Shown one piece after another: positions 59,801 through 64,000 of a stretch of DNA of 64,000 bases. The first letter of the stretch is position 1; each line of letters begins with the position of its first letter. A program made the position numbers and the translations under genes. The notes under the pieces were generated by a model. That model was not told the origin of the DNA. It saw nothing but the letters and a program-made list of their open reading frames with translations, and searched no databases. This DNA is from Alphaproteobacteria bacterium (GTDB taxonomy: Bacteria > Pseudomonadota > Alphaproteobacteria > UBA6615): NCBI GenBank assembly GCA_038131445.1, contig JAYPPL010000005.1, positions 22,180 to 86,179 on the forward strand, written 5' to 3'.

Positions 59801-62800
59801 TTGTCTGTTGTAAACTTCGAGTTGCGCGGGGAGCCCGGGCACACGCACATCACCGGCGTGCCCGACGGTTGCGACGCGCTCATCCTCGCCGAACTTCTGG
59901 AAACGACGGCGGAGCAAGTCCTGCATGTCTCCAGCGACGATGTGCGCATGAACCGCGTCGCCGACGCCGTGGCGTGGTTTGCACCCGGTACGCGTATCCT
60001 CAGGTTCCCGGCCTGGGATTGCCTGCCCTATGACCGCGTGCCGCCGCGCGGCGAGCTGGTTGCCGAACGCCTCGCGACGCTGGCCGCCCTGGCCAGTCTC
60101 GAAGGCGACGGCAAACCGGTGCTGGTCGTCTCCACGGTGGCGGCGATCCTGCAACGTGTGCCGCCCCGCGCCGCGCTGGCGGAGGCGCAACGGGTTCTGG
60201 TGCCCGGCGAGCGAGTGGACCTCGACGCCATCGTCAGCTTTCTGTCCGCCAACGGATATCACCGAACCGAGACCGTGCGGGAACCCGGAGAATTCGCCGT
60301 GCGCGGCGACATCGTCGATGTGTTCGCGCCGGGCTTCGAGGAGCCGGTCCGCATCGACCTGTTCGGCGACGAGATCGAGAAGCTGCGCCGCTTCGACGCG
60401 CTGAACCAGCTGACCATACAACCCGTCGAACGCCTGACGCTTCTCCCTTCGAGTGAGATTCTTCTAGATGACGAAGCGGTAGCGCTGTTCCGCACACGCT
60501 ACCGGGAACTGTTCGGCGCCGTACGGGGCGATGATCCGCTGTACGAGGCCGTGAGCGAGGGCATCCGCCATCCGGGCATGGAACACTGGCTGCCTCTGTT
60601 CTACGAGTACACGGAAACCCTGTTTGACTACATCTCCGGCCCGGTCGTCCTCGGCGCCCAGGCTGACGAGGCGCGCGAAGACCGGTTCGACCAGATCGTC
60701 GATTACCACGGCGCCCGCGCCAACGCGCCCAAAGCGGCGGAAGGTGAGACGCCCTACAATCCGCTTCCGCCCGATGCGCTCTATCTCGGTCCGGAACAAT
60801 GGACCGGTCTGCTGGCTGTGCGACCGCATGTCTCGTTCGAAAGTTTCGAGAGCCCGGAGGAGGCGGGGACGTCTGTTTCGGCGTCGGGTCGACGTACGGT
60901 CGATTTCGCGGAGGCGCGCAACCGAGCCGACCTGAACCTGTTCGACACGGTGCGGACCCGCATCGCAAACGAGCAGGGGGAGGGCCAGGCCATCGCGATC
61001 GCCTGCCACACCACGGGCTCGCGCGACCGGATGGTCCAGCTGTTGCGCGACCACGGGATCGAAGGCGCGATGCCCGCCGAAAACTGGGCGGACGTCAAAG
61101 TAGCCGCGCCGGGTCAGGTGCCGCTCTTCGTCCTGTCGCTCGATAACGGCTTCACCGTGCCCGGCCGCACGATCTACACCGAGCAGGACATCCTGGGGGA
61201 CCGACTGGTTCGTCGGCGCCGGCCCGCGCGCGCGTCCGAGCATCTGATCTCGGAAATGTCGAGCCTGAGCCTCGGCGATATTGTGGTTCATTCCGATCAC
61301 GGCATCGCGCGCTACGACGGGCTCGAGACGCTGGAAATCGGCGGTGCACCCCATGACTGCCTGCGTCTGCTCTATGCGGGCGATGACAAGCTGTTCCTGC
61401 CGGTCGAGAACCTCGACCTGCTCTCGCGCTACGGCTCCGAGGACAGCGATGCGCAGCTCGACAAGTTGGGCAATGCGGGCTGGCAGGCGCGCCGGGCGCG
61501 GGTCAAGAACCGCATCACCGAAATGGCCGACAAGCTGATGGCCATCGCCGCCGAACGCGAGTTGCGCGAGGCGCCGCGCATGCAGGTCCAGCCCGGCCTC
61601 TATGACGAATTCTGCGCGCGCTTCCCGTTCGCCGAAACCGATGACCAGATCCGCGCGATCAACGACACGGTGGACAGCCTGGCGGCGGGCAAGCCAATGG
61701 ACCGGCTGGTCTGCGGCGATGTCGGGTTCGGCAAGACCGAGGTGGCGTTGCGCGCCGCATTCGTGACCGCCATGGCCGGGCGGCAGGTGGCCGTGGTCGT
61801 ACCGACAACGCTCCTGGCGCGCCAGCATTTCGCGACTTTCCGCGACCGGTTCGCGGGTTTGCCGGTGGTGATACGCCAGTTGTCACGTCTGACGACGGCC
61901 GCCGAAGCGCAGGAGGTGCGTGACGGTCTGAGCCGCGGTCAGGTCGATATCGTCGTCGGCACCCATGCGCTGCTGTCGGATTCCGTAAAGTTCCGCGACC
62001 TGGGCCTGCTGGTCGTGGACGAGGAACAGCATTTCGGTGTGGGCCAGAAGGAGCGGCTGAAGCAGCTGAGTTCCGACGTACATGTGCTGACGCTGACGGC
62101 CACCCCGATCCCGCGCACGCTGCAACTGGCTCTGACCGGCGTACGTGAACTGAGCCTCATCACCACACCGCCAGTGGACCGGCTGGCAGTGCGAACCTTC
62201 GTGCTACCCTATGACAGCGTGACGATCCGAGAGGCGATCATGCGCGAGCATTTCCGTGGCGGGCAGATCTTTTATGTGTGCCCGCGGGTCAGTGACCTTT
62301 CGATGCTGGAGGAACGCCTGCGCGAACTGGTCCCCGAGGTGAGCTTCGCGACTGCACATGGCCAGATGCCAGCCCGCGCGCTGGAAGACGTAATGACGGC
62401 GTTCTACGACAAGCAGTTCGACGTGCTGCTTTCGACGAATATCGTGGAATCCGGTCTCGACGTGCCGACTGCCAACACCATTATCGTGCATCGCGCCGAC
62501 ATGTTCGGCCTGTCGCAGCTTTACCAGCTTCGCGGGCGCGTCGGTCGCTCCAAGGTGCGCGCCTATGCCTACCTGACCCTGCCGGGCGACAAGATCCTGT
62601 CGGACACCGCACGGCGCCGTCTGGATGTCATGCAGACACTCGACACGCTGGGAGCCGGGTTCAGTCTCGCCAGCCACGACCTCGACATTCGCGGGGCCGG
62701 AAATCTGCTCGGCGAGGAACAGTCCGGTCACATCCGTGAAGTGGGCGTTGAGTTGTACCAGCAGATGCTGGAGGAGGCGGTAGCCGCTGCCCGCGAAGCG

Positions 62801-63229
62801 GGAACCGTCAAGGCGTCGGAAGAAGACTGGACGCCGGCCATTTCACTGGGTGCGCCCGTTCTCATTCCGGACGCCTATGTGGCCGATCTTGGCGTACGTC
62901 TCGGGCTCTACCGCCGCGTAGCCGCGTTGGTTGATCCCGGCGATATCGAGGCGTTCGCCGCTGAACTGATCGACAGGTTCGGCTCGATCCCGCAAGAGGT
63001 TGAAAACCTGCTGGAGGCGATTACCCTCAAGCGGCTGTGCCGAGATGCCGGTGTCGAGAAACTGGATGCAGGCCCAAAGGGAGCGGTTGTGACCTTCCGC
63101 GACAATTCCTTCACCAATCCGTCTGGTCTGGTCAGCTTCATCACCGAAGCAATCAGGGTACGGTGCAACTGCGTCCTGACCACAAGCTGGTCTATCGGCG
63201 CGACTGGTCGGATTCCCAGAAGCGAATGA
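59801..63229 (+). CDS. mfd: transcription-repair coupling factor Mfd (3' end frameshifted; the conserved C-terminal tail continues in another frame to 63306)
   Basis: UvrB-homology N-terminus, RNAP-interaction domain ([14 protein letters not shown]), helicase motifs ([19 protein letters not shown]), and the TRG motif. After ...GLVSFITEA (about 63150) the listed frame reads an unrelated [13 protein letters not shown]...*, while frame 1 reads [19 protein letters not shown]...GVRRFMRQLAEIA. Confidence 0.95.
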   Translation: MSVVNFELRGEPGHTHITGVPDGCDALILAELLETTAEQVLHVSSDDVRMNRVADAVAWFAPGTRILRFPAWDCLPYDRVPPRGELVAERLATLAALASLEGDGKPVLVVSTVAAILQRVPPRAALAEAQRVLVPGERVDLDAIVSFLSANGYHRTETVREPGEFAVRGDIVDVFAPGFEEPVRIDLFGDEIEKLRRFDALNQLTIQPVERLTLLPSSEILLDDEAVALFRTRYRELFGAVRGDDPLYEAVSEGIRHPGMEHWLPLFYEYTETLFDYISGPVVLGAQADEAREDRFDQIVDYHGARANAPKAAEGETPYNPLPPDALYLGPEQWTGLLAVRPHVSFESFESPEEAGTSVSASGRRTVDFAEARNRADLNLFDTVRTRIANEQGEGQAIAIACHTTGSRDRMVQLLRDHGIEGAMPAENWADVKVAAPGQVPLFVLSLDNGFTVPGRTIYTEQDILGDRLVRRRRPARASEHLISEMSSLSLGDIVVHSDHGIARYDGLETLEIGGAPHDCLRLLYAGDDKLFLPVENLDLLSRYGSEDSDAQLDKLGNAGWQARRARVKNRITEMADKLMAIAAERELREAPRMQVQPGLYDEFCARFPFAETDDQIRAINDTVDSLAAGKPMDRLVCGDVGFGKTEVALRAAFVTAMAGRQVAVVVPTTLLARQHFATFRDRFAGLPVVIRQLSRLTTAAEAQEVRDGLSRGQVDIVVGTHALLSDSVKFRDLGLLVVDEEQHFGVGQKERLKQLSSDVHVLTLTATPIPRTLQLALTGVRELSLITTPPVDRLAVRTFVLPYDSVTIREAIMREHFRGGQIFYVCPRVSDLSMLEERLRELVPEVSFATAHGQMPARALEDVMTAFYDKQFDVLLSTNIVESGLDVPTANTIIVHRADMFGLSQLYQLRGRVGRSKVRAYAYLTLPGDKILSDTARRRLDVMQTLDTLGAGFSLASHDLDIRGAGNLLGEEQSGHIREVGVELYQQMLEEAVAAAREAGTVKASEEDWTPAISLGAPVLIPDAYVADLGVRLGLYRRVAALVDPGDIEAFAAELIDRFGSIPQEVENLLEAITLKRLCRDAGVEKLDAGPKGAVVTFRDNSFTNPSGLVSFITEAIRVRCNCVLTTSWSIGATGRIPRSE

Positions 63230-63318
63230 CCGGTGTGCGGCGTTTCATGCGGCAGTTGGCGGAGATCGCGAACCCGCAGGCCGAAGCCACCAACGCCGCG
63301 CAGTAGGGCGGGAAAGAC

Positions 63319-63981
63319 TTACTCGGCCCCAATGGCGACCTCCGCCAGATCGAACAGCGGATAAAAGGCTTCCGGTTCCTGCGCGCCCGACAGAGCGTAA
63401 GCGCCGTTCACAATGTAGCAGGGTACGGCGTTGATCCCCATCCGGCGTGCGCGCATGTCTTCAGAAAGCACCGCATTGCGCTCCTCGTCACCCTCAAGGA
63501 ACGCCATGGCCGCCAAGCCGTCGAGGCCGCATACAGCAGCGACACGGGCCAGTGTCTCAATGTCACCGATATCCTCTCCGTCGAGGAAATAAGCGCGGAA
63601 CAGTGTCTCGATCATCGTGTCCTGCCGTCCAAACCGTTCGGCGAAACGCATTAAACGGTGCGACTGGACTGTGTTCGGCATTTGCGAAATCGCCGCGAAG
63701 TCGAACGCGATCCGTTCCGAATGCCCCGCGCGAGAGATTGCCGCGAACACGCTCTCGGCCCGCTCCGGCGCGCCGAACTTTGTGGTGAGATAGTTCGCCC
63801 ATAACACGCCGGGTGTCGGCATGTCCGGATTGAGCTGGAATGCGCGCCAGGAGATCTCGACCTGCAATTCGGAACGCGAGGCGATCGCCCGTTCGAGCCG
63901 ACGCTTGCCGATGTAACACCAGGGACAGACCGTGTCAGAATAGATGTCGATGCGCAGCATTTGGTCAGCCTGCGCGGACAC
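63319..63981 (-). CDS. DsbA family oxidoreductase (FrnE / 2-hydroxychromene-2-carboxylate isomerase-like)
   Basis: IDIYSDTVCPWCYIGKRRLE (CPWC thioredoxin-fold motif), about 213-220 aa. The start may be ATG 63960 (MLRIDIY...). Confidence 0.85.
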   Translation of the reverse strand: MSAQADQMLRIDIYSDTVCPWCYIGKRRLERAIASRSELQVEISWRAFQLNPDMPTPGVLWANYLTTKFGAPERAESVFAAISRAGHSERIAFDFAAISQMPNTVQSHRLMRFAERFGRQDTMIETLFRAYFLDGEDIGDIETLARVAAVCGLDGLAAMAFLEGDEERNAVLSEDMRARRMGINAVPCYIVNGAYALSGAQEPEAFYPLFDLAEVAIGAE

Positions 63982-64000
63982 CCCGGTGCGGTCAAGCCGC

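Noticed and set aside
60464-61828. 454-aa minus-strand ORF, plus other antisense ORFs inside mfd
   Set aside because: Antisense to mfd. High-GC shadow ORFs.

Overview
GC-rich chromosomal segment with alphaproteobacterial hallmarks: pcm-like/tolC/DUF2497(PopZ-like)/valS, argS/SPOR/nagZ/scpAB, tatABC/serS/surE/pcm/nlpD-like, yajC/secDF/Mth938, a divergent uvrA-ssb pair followed by gyrA, and recG/sdhE/mfd. It is almost entirely tightly packed core housekeeping DNA. I call about 60 protein-coding genes and 5 tRNAs: Asn-GTT, Cys-GCA, Lys-TTT, and tandem Leu-GAG/Leu-CAG. I saw no rRNA, CRISPR array, transposase, integrase, phage gene or recognisable defence system, and I cannot honestly point to a convincing new multi-gene system. 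Second-look items: (1) Four independent ORF-disrupting lesions sit in otherwise intact conserved genes: a type III PKS, a class I methyltransferase, trmFO and mfd. (2) A type III PKS plus ICMT-family membrane methyltransferase cassette lies at the left edge. (3) An unlisted 31-codon hydrophobic ORF with a strong SD precedes a 4-TM histidine-bearing membrane protein. This pair sits between homologues of the mitochondrial complex I assembly factors NDUFAF3 and NDUFAF6. (4) A start/stop-coupled string runs trmFO, methyltransferase, VOC, cupin. (5) An exact 12-nt direct repeat lies just upstream of ilvD. (6) An orphan ABC ATPase is wedged between scpB and tatA. (7) There are several unexplained, relatively AT-rich non-coding gaps. 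All protein family assignments are motif recognition by eye on the supplied translations; no search was run.
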